From an uncultured delta proteobacterium (GTDB lineage: Bacteria; Myxococcota_A; Polyangia; Polyangiales; Houyiibacteriaceae), in NCBI GenBank assembly GCA_963699755.1, contig CAVOVB010000005.1, positions 192,001 through 256,000 on the forward strand: 64,000 nucleotides of DNA, given 5' to 3'. The translations under genes were made by a program, and so were the position numbers. Each line of letters starts with the position of its first letter. Position 1 is the stretch's first letter. Of the stretch, positions 19,548-30,665 are shown one piece after another. The notes below the pieces were generated by a model, which was not told the DNA's origin, made no database searches, and was given only the letters and a program-made list of their open reading frames with translations.

Positions 19548-20428
19548 GGTGTAGGCGGGGGCAACGTATCGCGACCCTTGGGGACGCCGAGCACGGCCCT
19601 GAGGACGCGCTGCTCGACCTGCCGTTCGAGGCGACTGGGGGTCGGGATTCTCAAGAGAATGTTCACGGTGTTCTTGTCGACGAGCTGATAGGTGACCCGG
19701 GGGTCGACGATCGGCGGAACCAGGCCGTGACGACGATAGCGCGCAGCTATCGGGCGACGAACGTCGTCGATGAACTCGGCACAGGCTTCACGCGCCGCTG
19801 TAAGCGCCTTCTGCTCCATAGCAGCGAGGTCTTCGTTTCGATCCACTGGAATGCTCATCAGGTGCAACATGTACTCCCCAGCTAGGCTCTCGTTCAGCAC
19901 AGCCTCGGTCATCAGCAGACTGTTGGGAATGCTGATTGTGCGCCCGGTCCGCTGGTGCCCCTGCCCCACCTCGAGGACCAAGGTGCTCAAGAGCCCGGTA
20001 TCGATGACATCTCCGCGAATCGCAGCGATTGCGATCCGGTCGCCAACTTCAAACGCATTCGCGCTCACGCGATAAATGGCGCCTTGGATGCAGGCGATCG
20101 TTTCCTTGGTCGCCCATACGATCGCCATGGCGAGAACGACGAAAGAGACCGCGAGCGTTTGAAGCTCCGCCGCCCAAATGGTGAGGAGGCCGAACGCCAA
20201 GATCGCGTAGGACAGCCCACGAATCTGTGACGACCAGCGAAGCCGAAGCTTGTCTCGGCTCGGAAGCGCCCGGCGGACGAAGCGAAGAGCAGCGTAGCGA
20301 ACGACCAGTACCGACACGAGCAGGACCAGCGTCGCAACGAGGTGACGCATCATCTGGGGATTCCGAAAGAAATGCGTGACCTGCGATGGTATGTTCGGGT
20401 CCGTCAGGGAGTCGATGATCGGGTTCAT
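19544..20428 (-). CDS. MscS-family mechanosensitive channel
   Basis: 3 TM segments, FEVGDRI, GDVID.GLL.T, IPNS. Confidence 0.85.
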   Translation of the reverse strand: MNPIIDSLTDPNIPSQVTHFFRNPQMMRHLVATLVLLVSVLVVRYAALRFVRRALPSRDKLRLRWSSQIRGLSYAILAFGLLTIWAAELQTLAVSFVVLAMAIVWATKETIACIQGAIYRVSANAFEVGDRIAIAAIRGDVIDTGLLSTLVLEVGQGHQRTGRTISIPNSLLMTEAVLNESLAGEYMLHLMSIPVDRNEDLAAMEQKALTAAREACAEFIDDVRRPIAARYRRHGLVPPIVDPRVTYQLVDKNTVNILLRIPTPSRLERQVEQRVLRAVLGVPKGRDTLPPPTP

Positions 20429-20435
20429 GCTGCGC

Positions 20436-21644
20436 TCACCTCGCCTCGACGGACACGCCGTCCCTCACGCTGTCGCTCGGGTAGGCGATGACCAAATCGC
20501 CCTCCTCCAGTCCCGAGAGGACCTCGGTTTCGAGCCCGTTGGTTTCGCCGAGCTCTACGGCTCGAACCACGGCGGTGCCTTCTTCGACGACGAACGTAGC
20601 CCAGGCATCTTCGGAGCGGAATACTGCGCTGGCGGGCACCCGAAGGACATCCTTGCCCTCCCAGACCGAGATACGCGCTTCGACTCGGTAGCCATCACCC
20701 AGGCTAGACCAGAGCTCGCGTTCATCGTCCAAATCGATGATCACGTTCACCCGCTGCTCTTCGACGCCAAGGGCAGATAGCTTCGTAAACGCCGACGGCT
20801 CGACGACGCGCACGTGGCCGTGCAAGGGATTCTTGCCACCCCATCGCTCGATCGAGGTCGGGGCTCCGGCAGGAATTCGAGTGGCATCCTGGCTCAGGAC
20901 ATCGACCACGATTTCGAGCGCGCCGGGATCACCCACCTCCAGGATGGGCGTGCCACTTTGCACGACTCCCTCGCTTTCCTGAAACACCTTGAGCACCTGA
21001 CCGGCGACCGGGGAGATGATTTCCAACTGCTCGCCTTCCTCGCCTTTCCCGCTCAGCTGTATGAGCGTCGTCTGCGCGAGCTTCAGCTGGTGCTCCGCAA
21101 CCCGCGCGCCGAACTCCGCAGACCTGAGCTCTTCCTCGCTGCCACGGTATGTCGACACTGCGCGATCGGCATCGCTTCGGGCCAAACCACCCTTCTCCAC
21201 GACCGCAAGAGCCCGTTCGGACTCTTCCTTCGCGAAGTCGCGTTGGTAGCGGGCGCGGTTGACTGCGGCCTGGGCCTGACGCCGTGCAGCCATCGCAGCA
21301 TCGACACGCGCTTTCGCTTCGGCTCTGGTCCGGGCGTCGAGCAGAGGCGGAGGAAGTGGCACCAGCCGAGCGAGCAATTGCCCCTGTTCGATCGCATCAC
21401 CAGCCTCTAGGTCCAGCCGGGCTAGATTGCCCGTGATGGGAGCTGAGACCGTGTATCGATCCTTGACGCGGGTCCTTCCGTCCTCGTTGACCGTGACCAC
21501 GAGCGGCCCTCGACTGACCTCCGACGCTTCCACCTCGACGGGTTTCGGAATCCACGCCACGACGATTAAGCCTATGACGGCGAGGACCGCCAGAGCGATG
21601 AGACCCCGTCGAATCCACTTCCTCAAACCGGACGCCTTTTCCAT
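20436..21644 (-). CDS. Efflux periplasmic adaptor subunit (MacA/HlyD-like)
   Basis: N-terminal TM, VSAP..G, alpha-helical hairpin, SPVAG.V, SALGVEEQRV. Confidence 0.88.
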   Translation of the reverse strand: MEKASGLRKWIRRGLIALAVLAVIGLIVVAWIPKPVEVEASEVSRGPLVVTVNEDGRTRVKDRYTVSAPITGNLARLDLEAGDAIEQGQLLARLVPLPPPLLDARTRAEAKARVDAAMAARRQAQAAVNRARYQRDFAKEESERALAVVEKGGLARSDADRAVSTYRGSEEELRSAEFGARVAEHQLKLAQTTLIQLSGKGEEGEQLEIISPVAGQVLKVFQESEGVVQSGTPILEVGDPGALEIVVDVLSQDATRIPAGAPTSIERWGGKNPLHGHVRVVEPSAFTKLSALGVEEQRVNVIIDLDDERELWSSLGDGYRVEARISVWEGKDVLRVPASAVFRSEDAWATFVVEEGTAVVRAVELGETNGLETEVLSGLEEGDLVIAYPSDSVRDGVSVEAR

Positions 21645-21657
21645 GCGCCATTTCTCC

Positions 21658-24024
21658 TTACTCTCTCGTCTTGAGCACGCCAATTAAGTCCAAGGTATCG
21701 AGGCGGCGCCGGACCAGCAGCGCGCTCAGCACGGCCGCGGCCAAGATTACCACGGCCGAAAATGCATAGGTTTGGGACGAGATCAGCGTCGGCAAGCGGA
21801 ACTGCTCGGGGTCCGCCTGAAGCTCGACGAGCGCCTTGGCGCCCCAGGTCCCGAGTACCATCCCGACCGGTATTCCCAGCAAGACCTGGACGGCCTGCTC
21901 GCCGAGAAGGATCGCCGAGATCTCGGCACGCGTAAAACCGAGGACCCGCAGCGTTGCCAGATCGCGGCTTCGCACAGACAAGCTCACTCGCGCGTTGTTG
22001 TACACCACAGCTACCGCAATCGCAGTTGCAAAGAGGGTGAGAATGAGGGTGACGACCTGCATCGTTCGTCGTGTCTGCTCTTCGAACCTCTCGAGCACAT
22101 TGCGCTTTCTGTGGATGCTCTGCACAGTCGGGATGTCCGTGAGATAGCCCTGGAGCTCCGCTTCACGAGCCGGATCGACCCGCAACAATGCGGTGTTGAT
22201 CGTGGGCTTCTCTCGGAGCAACTCGTGAAGGCTGCTCTTTTGCATGTAGCCTTGAATGCCGAACGCTTCATCGATCGTGCCGCTGATACGGACTCGCCTC
22301 GTGCCCCGGTCGCCCTCTTTGAGCTCAACGTCGATGAGGTCTCCCGGTTTTGCACCGAGGATTTCGGCGAGCACGTCGGTAATGAGAATGCCACTGTGCG
22401 GGATGCGCGCTGGCTCGAACTGGCGAGTGAATAGCCTCCTCAGCTGGCTGTCTGGCGGTAGCCCGATGAGGACGCTGTCCCGCCAACGAGGCCCCGAGCG
22501 AAATCGCACCGGCGTCATTCGATAGCCGTCTACCTGATCGACCCCGGGGAGATGCGCGAGGTATCCGAGGCCACGATCTGCGATCTCGGTGCTGAAAATG
22601 ACACTGATGTCCTCACGCTGCTGGCGCCCGAACTGCAGATCGAGGATCGGCCCGTGCGCGTCCTTTCCAAACCGACCGAGGATGATGATCGCAAGCGCGA
22701 AGGCGATACCCGCCGAGGAGAGGACCGTGCGAAGCGGGCGCCGCCAGATCTCGCGGAACACCATCATCGTTGTCTGTCGGAGCTTTGGCAGCCCGGGGAT
22801 CCGCTCGATCGGAGAGGAACGGTAACGCGCAGGGGACGGAGGTCGCATGGCCTCTGCAGGTGGAAGCGTCACTGCGCTGCGGACCGCAAAGCCGATCCCC
22901 GCAGCCGCCGCGAGGAGGCTCGCGATGATCGCATTGATCGCAACCGGGAGGTCGATGCGACCACGGGTCATCGGAAGGCGAAAGAACCCAGCGTACAGAT
23001 CCAACATCGCATCGGCCAACCAAGCGCCCAGACCCACGCCGATCGCGGCGCCGAACAGCACGATGACGCAGACCATCTTCAAATAGTGGAGCGCAATGGT
23101 GGAGTTCGTGTACCCGATGGCCTTGATGACCGCGATCTGCCCGCGCTGCATCGTAACCATTCTCGAGAACACGACGTTCAACAAGAACGCTGCGACCGCG
23201 AGAAACGCCCCCGGCAGAAACACCACCTCGGCTTCGATTTGGGAAATCTCTCCTTCGAGAATGGAGTTTGAGATTTGCAAGTCTCGACCGTACGCGCCCA
23301 GGCCACCGTAAGGCGCTAATATGCGATCGAGCGCAATAAGGATCGCCTTTTCGTCGGCGCCAGGCTCCAGTCGAAGCACGACGTCGTTAAACGCTCCTTC
23401 CATTTGAAACGCGGCGGCAACTGCACTTTTCGACATCCACATCGGCGCAAATCGTTCGTCGTCCGAGGTGATTCCACCGGGCTCGATCGCGAACACATAC
23501 TCTGGCGACAGCCCGATGCCGACGACGATGAGCTCATGGAGCTTCCCGTTGAGGATCGCTGGAATCGTGGAGCCGGGGCGCAGTTCGTGCTCATTGGCGA
23601 ACGGCTCGTAGACCAGCACCTCGTTACCACGACCCGGCTCGGGAAAGCGACCGGACTTCAGGTACACGTCGTTCATGGGCGGCACGCCATGCGTAGGCAG
23701 AGAGATGATCTGGCCGTGTGCGGGCGTGAGCATGCCCGGGATCGGCAAGAGCACCTCCTCGACGATTCGAGGGTAAACAGAGGCCACGCCGCGCACGCCG
23801 TGGATCTGCTCGGACACCGAGTCCGGCGTTCGCTTGGAGCGGGCGAAGACGTCGGCAAAGCGATACTGCTCGTAGTACGCAGCCTTGGAATCCTCAAGTG
23901 CGCGCCAGGCACTCCTGAGCGTGACGTAGTTGGCGACGCCCACTGCAACCACCAGGGCAATCGTGACGGCCTGCCCTTTGAGGCGCATCAGGTCCCGAAC
24001 GAGCTTTCGGTCGAGGACATTCAC
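21658..24024 (-). CDS. ABC transporter permease with duplicated FtsX/MacB domains
   Basis: Two FtsX repeats ([20 protein letters not shown]), each with a large periplasmic domain. Confidence 0.9.
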   Translation of the reverse strand: MNVLDRKLVRDLMRLKGQAVTIALVVAVGVANYVTLRSAWRALEDSKAAYYEQYRFADVFARSKRTPDSVSEQIHGVRGVASVYPRIVEEVLLPIPGMLTPAHGQIISLPTHGVPPMNDVYLKSGRFPEPGRGNEVLVYEPFANEHELRPGSTIPAILNGKLHELIVVGIGLSPEYVFAIEPGGITSDDERFAPMWMSKSAVAAAFQMEGAFNDVVLRLEPGADEKAILIALDRILAPYGGLGAYGRDLQISNSILEGEISQIEAEVVFLPGAFLAVAAFLLNVVFSRMVTMQRGQIAVIKAIGYTNSTIALHYLKMVCVIVLFGAAIGVGLGAWLADAMLDLYAGFFRLPMTRGRIDLPVAINAIIASLLAAAAGIGFAVRSAVTLPPAEAMRPPSPARYRSSPIERIPGLPKLRQTTMMVFREIWRRPLRTVLSSAGIAFALAIIILGRFGKDAHGPILDLQFGRQQREDISVIFSTEIADRGLGYLAHLPGVDQVDGYRMTPVRFRSGPRWRDSVLIGLPPDSQLRRLFTRQFEPARIPHSGILITDVLAEILGAKPGDLIDVELKEGDRGTRRVRISGTIDEAFGIQGYMQKSSLHELLREKPTINTALLRVDPAREAELQGYLTDIPTVQSIHRKRNVLERFEEQTRRTMQVVTLILTLFATAIAVAVVYNNARVSLSVRSRDLATLRVLGFTRAEISAILLGEQAVQVLLGIPVGMVLGTWGAKALVELQADPEQFRLPTLISSQTYAFSAVVILAAAVLSALLVRRRLDTLDLIGVLKTRE

Positions 24025-24752
24025 CAGGTCAGCTCGGCCGGCGAAACCTTCTCCTCGTTGCGCTCGTCCCTCGCCACCATGCCGTCGGACAAAGACACGA
24101 CGCGGTCAGCCATCAAAGCAATGGGCGCGTGGTGTGTGATGACTGCTGTAGTCGTTCCGAGCGTTCGGTTCACCTCATCGATGACCTCGAGCACGCGGAT
24201 TCCCGTCTTGAAATCGAGCGCGCCCGTCGGCTCATCGCAGAGCAAAATCTCCGGCTGCTTGGCGACGGCCCGAGCGATCGCGACCCGCTGCTGTTCGCCA
24301 CCCGATAGCTGGGCGGGAAAGTGGTCCATTCGGTCCGTGAGTCCCACGAGCTCGAGGGCTTCTCTTGGATCCAAGGGGCGTTTCGCGATCTCCGTGACGA
24401 GGGCGACGTTCTCACGGGCGGTGAGACTCGGCACGAGGTTGTAGAATTGAAAGACGAAACCCACGTGGTCGCGGCGAAAAGTGGTGAGCTCTCGCTCGCC
24501 GTGTCCTGCAATGTCGGCGCCTCGATAGAGGACTCGGCCCGAGCTCGGGACGTCGAGCCCTCCGAGAATGTTGAGCAGGGTCGACTTCCCGCTGCCAGAG
24601 GGGCCGAGCAGGACCATGAGCTCTCCCTCGTAGAGCGGGACGTCCACGCCTCGAAGAGCATGCACTGCGACGTCTCCCATTTGGTACACCTTACTCACAC
24701 CCTCTGCGCTGAGAATGGAGATGGGCTCGCTGCTTGGGTTGGGCTCTGACAT
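24021..24752 (-). CDS. ABC transporter ATP-binding protein (MacB/LolD-like)
   Basis: [39 protein letters not shown]. Confidence 0.93.
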   Translation of the reverse strand: MSEPNPSSEPISILSAEGVSKVYQMGDVAVHALRGVDVPLYEGELMVLLGPSGSGKSTLLNILGGLDVPSSGRVLYRGADIAGHGERELTTFRRDHVGFVFQFYNLVPSLTARENVALVTEIAKRPLDPREALELVGLTDRMDHFPAQLSGGEQQRVAIARAVAKQPEILLCDEPTGALDFKTGIRVLEVIDEVNRTLGTTTAVITHHAPIALMADRVVSLSDGMVARDERNEEKVSPAELTW

Positions 24753-24851
24753 CACGGCGTCCAAGTTGCGCGTTCGTTCGTACGCTTTGTACCGATCCAG
24801 GTCAACTCATCCTTGATTCGGTCGAGCCGGCAAGGTTATGTCCCTGGGGAG

Positions 24852-25718
24852 ATGCTCGCCGAATCCAATTTCAAGAACACCACGCTCGGCGGGCAAACCT
24901 GGCGATACGCGGACTCCGGCCACGGCCGTGCGGTCGTGCTCATTCACGGCTTCCCGGATACGCCGCAGTCCTATGCTGGTATCGCAGGCGCACTCAACGA
25001 TGCTGGCTACCGAACCATCATGCCGTACCTGCGTGGCTATCACCTTGATACCCTGGTGCCGGGCCGACCGTATGATGCGTTCCACCTTGCACAAGATGCG
25101 ATCGGGCTGCTCGACGCACTCGAATTGAAGTCCGCGGTCCTGGTCGGGCACGATTGGGGCGCGATGCTGGTCTGGGGTGCGGCCGCCTTGGCGCCGGATC
25201 GGGTCGACGGAATCGTCCCTATCGCGATTCCACACCCCCGCACCCTGAAACCCAAGAATGCGGTCCAGGCGCTGGGGCTTCTCATGATGGCCCGGCACTT
25301 CCTCTACTTCCGCTTGCCCTGGGCCGAAGCCGGCACACGACGCGACAGATTTCGATACATCGATTCTCTCTATCGGCGCTGGGCTCCTCGGTGGAAAGGA
25401 CCGGACCGCGATGCAGCTCTCGCGCGCGCGAAGGAAGCCTTCTCGACCCCCGAGGTCCTCACGGCGGCAATCGACTATTACCGCGCGATGGGCTCGAAGA
25501 TCGACCGTCGCTTGCTTGGCCCCATCCAATGTAGCGGATTGATGATCGCCGGCGGAGAAGACTTCGGCGGTCATCTCGGACCGTACAAGAAATCGCAAGG
25601 CCTCCTCGGAGGTGGCGCGGAGCTCCTCGTCATGCCGGAGGCTGGACATTGGCCACACCGAGAGGAGGAGTCGCTCTTCACGAACGCGCTGATTGAATAC
25701 CTGGAAGGCCTCGACTGA
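24852..25718 (+). CDS. Alpha/beta hydrolase, epoxide hydrolase-like
   Basis: HGFPD, GHDWGA (Asp nucleophile), YYRA, GHW. Confidence 0.88.
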   Translation: MLAESNFKNTTLGGQTWRYADSGHGRAVVLIHGFPDTPQSYAGIAGALNDAGYRTIMPYLRGYHLDTLVPGRPYDAFHLAQDAIGLLDALELKSAVLVGHDWGAMLVWGAAALAPDRVDGIVPIAIPHPRTLKPKNAVQALGLLMMARHFLYFRLPWAEAGTRRDRFRYIDSLYRRWAPRWKGPDRDAALARAKEAFSTPEVLTAAIDYYRAMGSKIDRRLLGPIQCSGLMIAGGEDFGGHLGPYKKSQGLLGGGAELLVMPEAGHWPHREEESLFTNALIEYLEGLD

Positions 25719-25744
25719 AATTCCGTTCGAGGTTCTGACGAATT

Positions 25745-25784
25745 TAGTTGACAGACTCAATCGATTGGTTGCATCATTCAACTA
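25745..25784 (+). promoter_or_regulatory. Tandem MarR-type operators overlapping the arsM promoter
   Basis: TAGTTG-N7-CAATCG (25745-25763) and TGGTTG-N7-CAACTA (25766-25784); TTGACA at 25748; GGAGG before ATG 25798. Confidence 0.65.
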
Positions 25785-25797
25785 TTGGAGGTCGTCG

Positions 25798-26610
25798 ATG
25801 GGAAATGAGCGGGTACATGACCTGGTGAAGTCGGGATACGCAGCGATCGCGCGCCAGGGGGGCGGCTGCTGCGGCAGTACGGTAGCAAGAACCCACGAGC
25901 GAACCGCATCGCTCATCGGCTACGCGGAACAAGACATCAAGGGGGCGGCCGCCGAAGCAAACCTCGGCCTCGGCTGTGGAAACCCGACCGCGCTCGCGAG
26001 CCTCAAGCGCGGCGAAACGGTGGTGGATCTCGGTTCCGGCGCTGGGTTCGACGCCTTACTTTCCGCCGAGAAGCTCGGGCCAGAAGGCCGTTTCATCGGC
26101 GTCGACATGACCCCAGAGATGCTCGAACGTGCCCGAACCAACGCGGTCAATGCTGGCTACGCGCGGACCGTCGAGTTCCGAGAAGGGCTCATCGAAAACC
26201 TCCCGGTCGCTTCGGACAGCGTCGACGTGGTGATCTCGAACTGCGTCATCAACCTCAGCCCCGACAAGGCCCAGGTCTTTCGCGAAGCGTTTCGGGTGCT
26301 CAAGCCCGGCGGACGTCTTGCGGTGAGTGACATCGTGCTGAGCAAACCCTTGCCGCAGGACATCGCAAGATTCGCCGAGAGTTGGATCGCTTGCGTCGGG
26401 GGCGCATTGGTCGAGGATGAGTACTTTGGCCATATGCGTGCGGCCGGGTTCGAGAACATCCAACACACGCGGAAGCCAGCTGCCCCGATGCTGACCTCGA
26501 CCTTGCAGGACCCGATCTGGAAGGCGGCGGTGGAGCTCGTAGGTGAAGAACGAATCATGGACCTCTCGGACACCGTGTTCAGTTACTCGGTCACCGCCGA
26601 GAAGCGATGA
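25798..26610 (+). CDS. arsM: Arsenite S-adenosylmethionine methyltransferase
   Basis: [38 protein letters not shown]: all four conserved Cys positions are present. Confidence 0.92.
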   Translation: MGNERVHDLVKSGYAAIARQGGGCCGSTVARTHERTASLIGYAEQDIKGAAAEANLGLGCGNPTALASLKRGETVVDLGSGAGFDALLSAEKLGPEGRFIGVDMTPEMLERARTNAVNAGYARTVEFREGLIENLPVASDSVDVVISNCVINLSPDKAQVFREAFRVLKPGGRLAVSDIVLSKPLPQDIARFAESWIACVGGALVEDEYFGHMRAAGFENIQHTRKPAAPMLTSTLQDPIWKAAVELVGEERIMDLSDTVFSYSVTAEKR

Positions 26611-27041
26611 GCGCTGTCGTCGAAGACGTCATCGCTTTCTGCCGGATGTTCTCCTCGTTCGAGCGAGAGGAGATCTGCTGTGGAACGGTGAGTCCAGCGC
26701 AATGCGTGCTTCTGCAAACCCTGATGGACGGAAACCGGGACGTGAGCGGCCTAGCCTCCCAGGCGAGGGTCACCAAAGGCGCAATGACCAGACTGATAGA
26801 TGGACTCGAAGCCCGAGGCTGGGTCGTGCGCGAGAAAGCTGAAGACGACGGCCGTCGTGTTCTCGTGGCATTGACCGGGGATGGGGAGCAGGAAGCCAAG
26901 CGCCTACGGCGACTGACCGAACGAAGCATCGCAACCATCCTCGAAGCCATCCCCGGAGCCGAGCGACAGCAAGTCATTCGAAGCCTCCAACTCCTCCGAA
27001 AGGCCGCCGAGCAAACCCGAAGCCAGCTGGACTGCTGCTGA
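26607..27041 (+). CDS. MarR-family regulator, Cys-rich
   Basis: wHTH (TKGAMTRLIDGLEARGWV...DGRR...LT..G); Cys12, 24, 25, 33, 143, 144; ATGA-coupled to arsM. Confidence 0.9.
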   Translation: MSAVVEDVIAFCRMFSSFEREEICCGTVSPAQCVLLQTLMDGNRDVSGLASQARVTKGAMTRLIDGLEARGWVVREKAEDDGRRVLVALTGDGEQEAKRLRRLTERSIATILEAIPGAERQQVIRSLQLLRKAAEQTRSQLDCC

Positions 27042-27076
27042 ACCCTGTGACTGCCGCACCGCTGCCGCAGAAGCGC

Positions 27077-28705
27077 CTAACCGTCGATCACGGTCAGTTG
27101 GCCGGCAGCGTATTGGCTTCGAAGGACCTTCTTGTCGAACTTACCAACGCTCGTTTTTGGGATTTCATGGACGAAGGTCCAGCGTTCGGGGAGCCACCAC
27201 TTGGCTACTTTGTCTTCGAGATAGGCGCGGATTTCTTCGGGCGCGATCGTGCTGCCCTCCTTGCGGACGATGCAAGCCAGGGGGCGCTCATCCCATTTCT
27301 CGTCGGGGATGCCCACGACGGCGGCTTCTGCGACTTCGGGATGGGCGATGATCGTGTTTTCGAGCTCGACCGAGGAGATCCATTCGCCACCTGACTTGAT
27401 GACGTCTTTGGCGCGATCGGTGATTTGCGCATAACCGCGCTCGTCGACGAAGCCGACGTCGCCGGTCCGCAGCCAACCGTCGTGAAACTTCTCCTCGTCG
27501 TCGACGCCGTAGTAGCGGCCGGTCACCCAGGGTCCGCGCACCTCGATTTCGCCGACCGACTTCCCATCCCAGGGGAGCGTCTGCCCCGCGTCGTCGACGA
27601 TGCGCAGCTCGATCCCAGCGACCGGTCGCCCCGTCCTGCTTCGATAGCGCCATGCATCTTCGCCTTCGATCCCGCGCGGCACCGATGCAATCGTACCGAC
27701 CGGGCTGGTTTCAGTCATGCCCCATAGCTGCAAGAGCGTGACCCCATAGCGTTCGTCGAAGGCGCGCATCAGGGACTCGGGAACCGCAGAACCGCCGCAA
27801 ATGACCAAGCGAAACGAAGACAAATCGATGTCTCTGCGCTCGCCATAGTGGAGCACGCCCGTCCAAATGCTCGGAACCGCGCCGGCAAGAGTCGGCCGAT
27901 GACGCTCGATCATGGCGACCAGCGGTTCTGGCTGCAGGAATTGCGCCGGCTGCAAGAAATCGGTGCCGACCCACCAGCCCGCGTAAGGAAGGCCCCAGCA
28001 GTTGGCATGGAACATCGGCACGATGGTCAGGATCATGTCGCGTTCGTTTAGACCGGCGACCGCGCCCGACGTGAGTGCGTAGGAGTGAAGCACGGTCGAG
28101 CGATGGCTGTACACGACGCCTTTGGGGTCGCCGGTGGTGCCGCTCGTATACGCCATCGATGCAGGCGCTCGCTCGTCGAGCGTCGGCCATTCGAGTCCAG
28201 GCGATTCGGACGAAAGAAGATCCTCGTATCGGTGGAGCGTGGCCCGAGGCGCATTGCGCAGGGGTGCATCGTCCACGTTGCCGACGACGACGATGTGCTC
28301 GACCGTCTTCATGTCGCTTGCGACCTGCCCGAGCAAGGGCACCAGGCTGCCGTCGACGACGATGACTTTGTCGGCCGCGTGGTTGATCACGAACGCCAGC
28401 TGCTCGGGAAACAGCCGGATGTTGAGCGTGTGCATCACCGCACCCATCGAAGAGATCGCGAAATACGCCTCGAGATGCTCCTGGCTGTTCCAACAGAAGG
28501 TGCCGACCCGATCTTCGCGCTTCACGCCGAGCTTGACTAGGGCCTTGGCGAGCTGCTCGGCGCGATTGGCGATTTCTGCGTAGCTCGCCACTCGATCAAC
28601 GCCTTCGCCTACCGTGATCACGCGGCTGCTCGGGTACAAGCGCCGCCCGTGCTCGAACAAATCCGAGATCAAGAGCGGCCGGTCCATCATCGTCGAAAAG
28701 CTCAC
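27077..28705 (-). CDS. Fatty-acid--CoA ligase (AlkK/DmdB-like AMP-binding enzyme)
   Basis: [49 protein letters not shown]. Confidence 0.92.
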   Translation of the reverse strand: MSFSTMMDRPLLISDLFEHGRRLYPSSRVITVGEGVDRVASYAEIANRAEQLAKALVKLGVKREDRVGTFCWNSQEHLEAYFAISSMGAVMHTLNIRLFPEQLAFVINHAADKVIVVDGSLVPLLGQVASDMKTVEHIVVVGNVDDAPLRNAPRATLHRYEDLLSSESPGLEWPTLDERAPASMAYTSGTTGDPKGVVYSHRSTVLHSYALTSGAVAGLNERDMILTIVPMFHANCWGLPYAGWWVGTDFLQPAQFLQPEPLVAMIERHRPTLAGAVPSIWTGVLHYGERRDIDLSSFRLVICGGSAVPESLMRAFDERYGVTLLQLWGMTETSPVGTIASVPRGIEGEDAWRYRSRTGRPVAGIELRIVDDAGQTLPWDGKSVGEIEVRGPWVTGRYYGVDDEEKFHDGWLRTGDVGFVDERGYAQITDRAKDVIKSGGEWISSVELENTIIAHPEVAEAAVVGIPDEKWDERPLACIVRKEGSTIAPEEIRAYLEDKVAKWWLPERWTFVHEIPKTSVGKFDKKVLRSQYAAGQLTVIDG

Positions 28706-28734
28706 CTAAGCCTCCTCTCCTCGTGCGCCGGCGC

Positions 28735-29388
28735 TCACTCCGCCTCGAAACCCGCCGCCTTGTGCGCGCCGTCGCAAAACGGCTTGTTATTCGAGTGCCC
28801 ACAGCGGCAGAGCGCCGCCTTCTTTCCGGTCCACGCCTTGCGGCCGCTGGCAGCGACGATGGTGAAGTTCCCGCTGAGCAGAAGCGGTCCGTTCGGCGCG
28901 CGTCCGATCTTGAGCGTCCCGCCTTGCGCCTCCAATCCTTCCCCGCTGTCTCCAACGGCTCCGTAGTCTTTGAAGCCCGCCTCTTCGTGACTGTTGTCGC
29001 AGAACGGCTTGTTCTTCGAGTGCCCACAGCGGCAAAGCGCCGCTCGAAAGCGTGTGCCGTACATGTCGTCGGCGGCCCCATCTACCTCGAGGTCTCCGCG
29101 CACGTAGAGCGGGCCGTTGTACATCACCGAAACGACGTTCTCTGGCTCCGGGGATTCCCCCGCCCCTCCGACTTTGCGCTCATAGGTCAGTGCGCCTGTC
29201 GGACAGCGCTCGACCACCTCGACGACCTCCAGGGGGCTCACCAGATCGGGCTGGCACCACGGTTGTCGACCGCCAACGAAGAGGTCGTTGTTCGCGCGAC
29301 CGCACTCGCCGATGTGAATGCACAAACGCCCGTCCCAATGGACGTCTGCCTTGGCACCTTCGTACTTGAAGACCTTCTTCTCACTCAT
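28735..29388 (-). CDS. CDGSH iron-sulfur protein with an N-terminal divergent ferredoxin (YjdI-like) domain and two CDGSH domains
   Basis: CIHIGEC...CPTGAL, then CRCGHSKNKPFCDNSH and CRCGHSNNKPFCDGAH. Confidence 0.88.
   Translation of the reverse strand: MSEKKVFKYEGAKADVHWDGRLCIHIGECGRANNDLFVGGRQPWCQPDLVSPLEVVEVVERCPTGALTYERKVGGAGESPEPENVVSVMYNGPLYVRGDLEVDGAADDMYGTRFRAALCRCGHSKNKPFCDNSHEEAGFKDYGAVGDSGEGLEAQGGTLKIGRAPNGPLLLSGNFTIVAASGRKAWTGKKAALCRCGHSNNKPFCDGAHKAAGFEAE
28771..29043. repeat. 48-bp intragenic direct repeat encoding the two CDGSH motifs
   Basis: 28771-28818 vs 28996-29043, 3 mismatches in 48 nt. Confidence 0.85.
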
Positions 29389-29524
29389 GGGGTTTCTCCT
29401 CCGTTTGCAGCGTTGATGGGCACCACCCCGAAGTCGATTTTCTACTACAGGCGCCCGGAAACCACTACAGCGAACTTGCTCGGATCGCCCGACACGCAAT
29501 GGCATGTTAAGCAAGCTATCCAAA

Positions 29525-30448
29525 ATGGGGCATCCGCATCACAACCATCACGCTGGAGCCGAGGTCGAGAGCAACCGGCGGCGACTCGCCATGGCCCTCG
29601 TGCTGACCGCCGCGTACATGGTTGCCGAAATCGTCGGCGGTATCGTCTCCAACTCTTTGGCCTTGCTCGCCGACGCAGGGCACATGTTTTCGGATGCCGC
29701 GGCGCTAGGCCTTTCGTTGGTGGCGGTGATGCTGGCTCAGCGTCCCGCGACGAACCAGCGCACCTATGGTTTTCACAGGGCTGAGATTCTCGCGGCGCTG
29801 GTGAACGGCGGCGCGCTGCTTGCCATGGCAATCTTGATCGCCCGCGAGGCTTGGGAGCGTCTCGCCGACCCGCCCGAGGTGCGAGGGGGCTTGATGCTGG
29901 CGGTTGCCTGTGGCGGCCTTGCCATCAACTTGGCAAATTTGATGATTCTGAGCGGGGGTCGCGAGAGCAACCTCAACGTGCGCGGCGCCTGGCTGCATGT
30001 GATGGCCGACACCCTGGGTAGCGTGGGCGCCATATCCGCTGGCGCCGTGATCTACTTCCTCGGTTGGCGCTGGGCGGATCCGGCCGCGTCCTTCGTCATT
30101 GCGATGCTGGTCCTGTACTCGGCTTGGGGACTCGTTACAGAGACCGTCGACGTGCTCATGGAAGGCGTGCCGAAGGGCATCTCCATCGAAGACGTCGCGA
30201 CGGCCCTCAAAGAGCTTCCTGGCGTGTTGGACACCCACGACCTGCACGTCTGGTCCTTGACGAGCGGCCGGAACATCGCGACCACGCACCTGATCATTGC
30301 AGAAGACGCCGACCACCAAGGCATCATCGATGCCGCCAGTCGAACCCTCGCCAGCCAGTTCGCAATCGCGCACGCGACCATCCAAGTCGAGCACGGAGAG
30401 CTGGCGAGCCAGTGCAATGCCTGCGGCTCGGTGGCCAGCGCAAGCTAA
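29525..30448 (+). CDS. czcD: Cation diffusion facilitator (Zn/Co/Cd efflux)
   Basis: His-rich N-terminus, SLALLADAGHMFSD, HVMADTLGS, HDLHVW, H.TIQ.E. Confidence 0.9.
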   Translation: MGHPHHNHHAGAEVESNRRRLAMALVLTAAYMVAEIVGGIVSNSLALLADAGHMFSDAAALGLSLVAVMLAQRPATNQRTYGFHRAEILAALVNGGALLAMAILIAREAWERLADPPEVRGGLMLAVACGGLAINLANLMILSGGRESNLNVRGAWLHVMADTLGSVGAISAGAVIYFLGWRWADPAASFVIAMLVLYSAWGLVTETVDVLMEGVPKGISIEDVATALKELPGVLDTHDLHVWSLTSGRNIATTHLIIAEDADHQGIIDAASRTLASQFAIAHATIQVEHGELASQCNACGSVASAS

Positions 30449-30455
30449 TCACGCG

Positions 30456-30665
30456 TCAGTCTTTGGAACGTGCTCCGTTGGCGCATCGGCCGCAGATGCA
30501 TACCTTTCCCTTCGCTTCGGCGGGGATCGACGCCAGCGCGCCGGGGCTCATCGTCGCGGTCATGCACCAGCACGAGTCCGGATCGCGGCCCGCAGCAACG
30601 GCGCATTCGTTGGGCATGCCGCACAAGGGACAATTGCTCACGTCGTACTTTGGATGTTCGTTCAT
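30456..30665 (-). CDS. Cysteine-rich CWC family small protein
   Basis: CPLCG..NEC...CWC...CICGRC. Confidence 0.85.
   Translation of the reverse strand: MNEHPKYDVSNCPLCGMPNECAVAAGRDPDSCWCMTATMSPGALASIPAEAKGKVCICGRCANGARSKD

Noticed and set aside
27030..27041. Selenocysteine read-through at the MarR CC-TGA end
   Set aside because: The MarR is already full length, the convergent gene ends 35 bp away, and no evident SECIS is present
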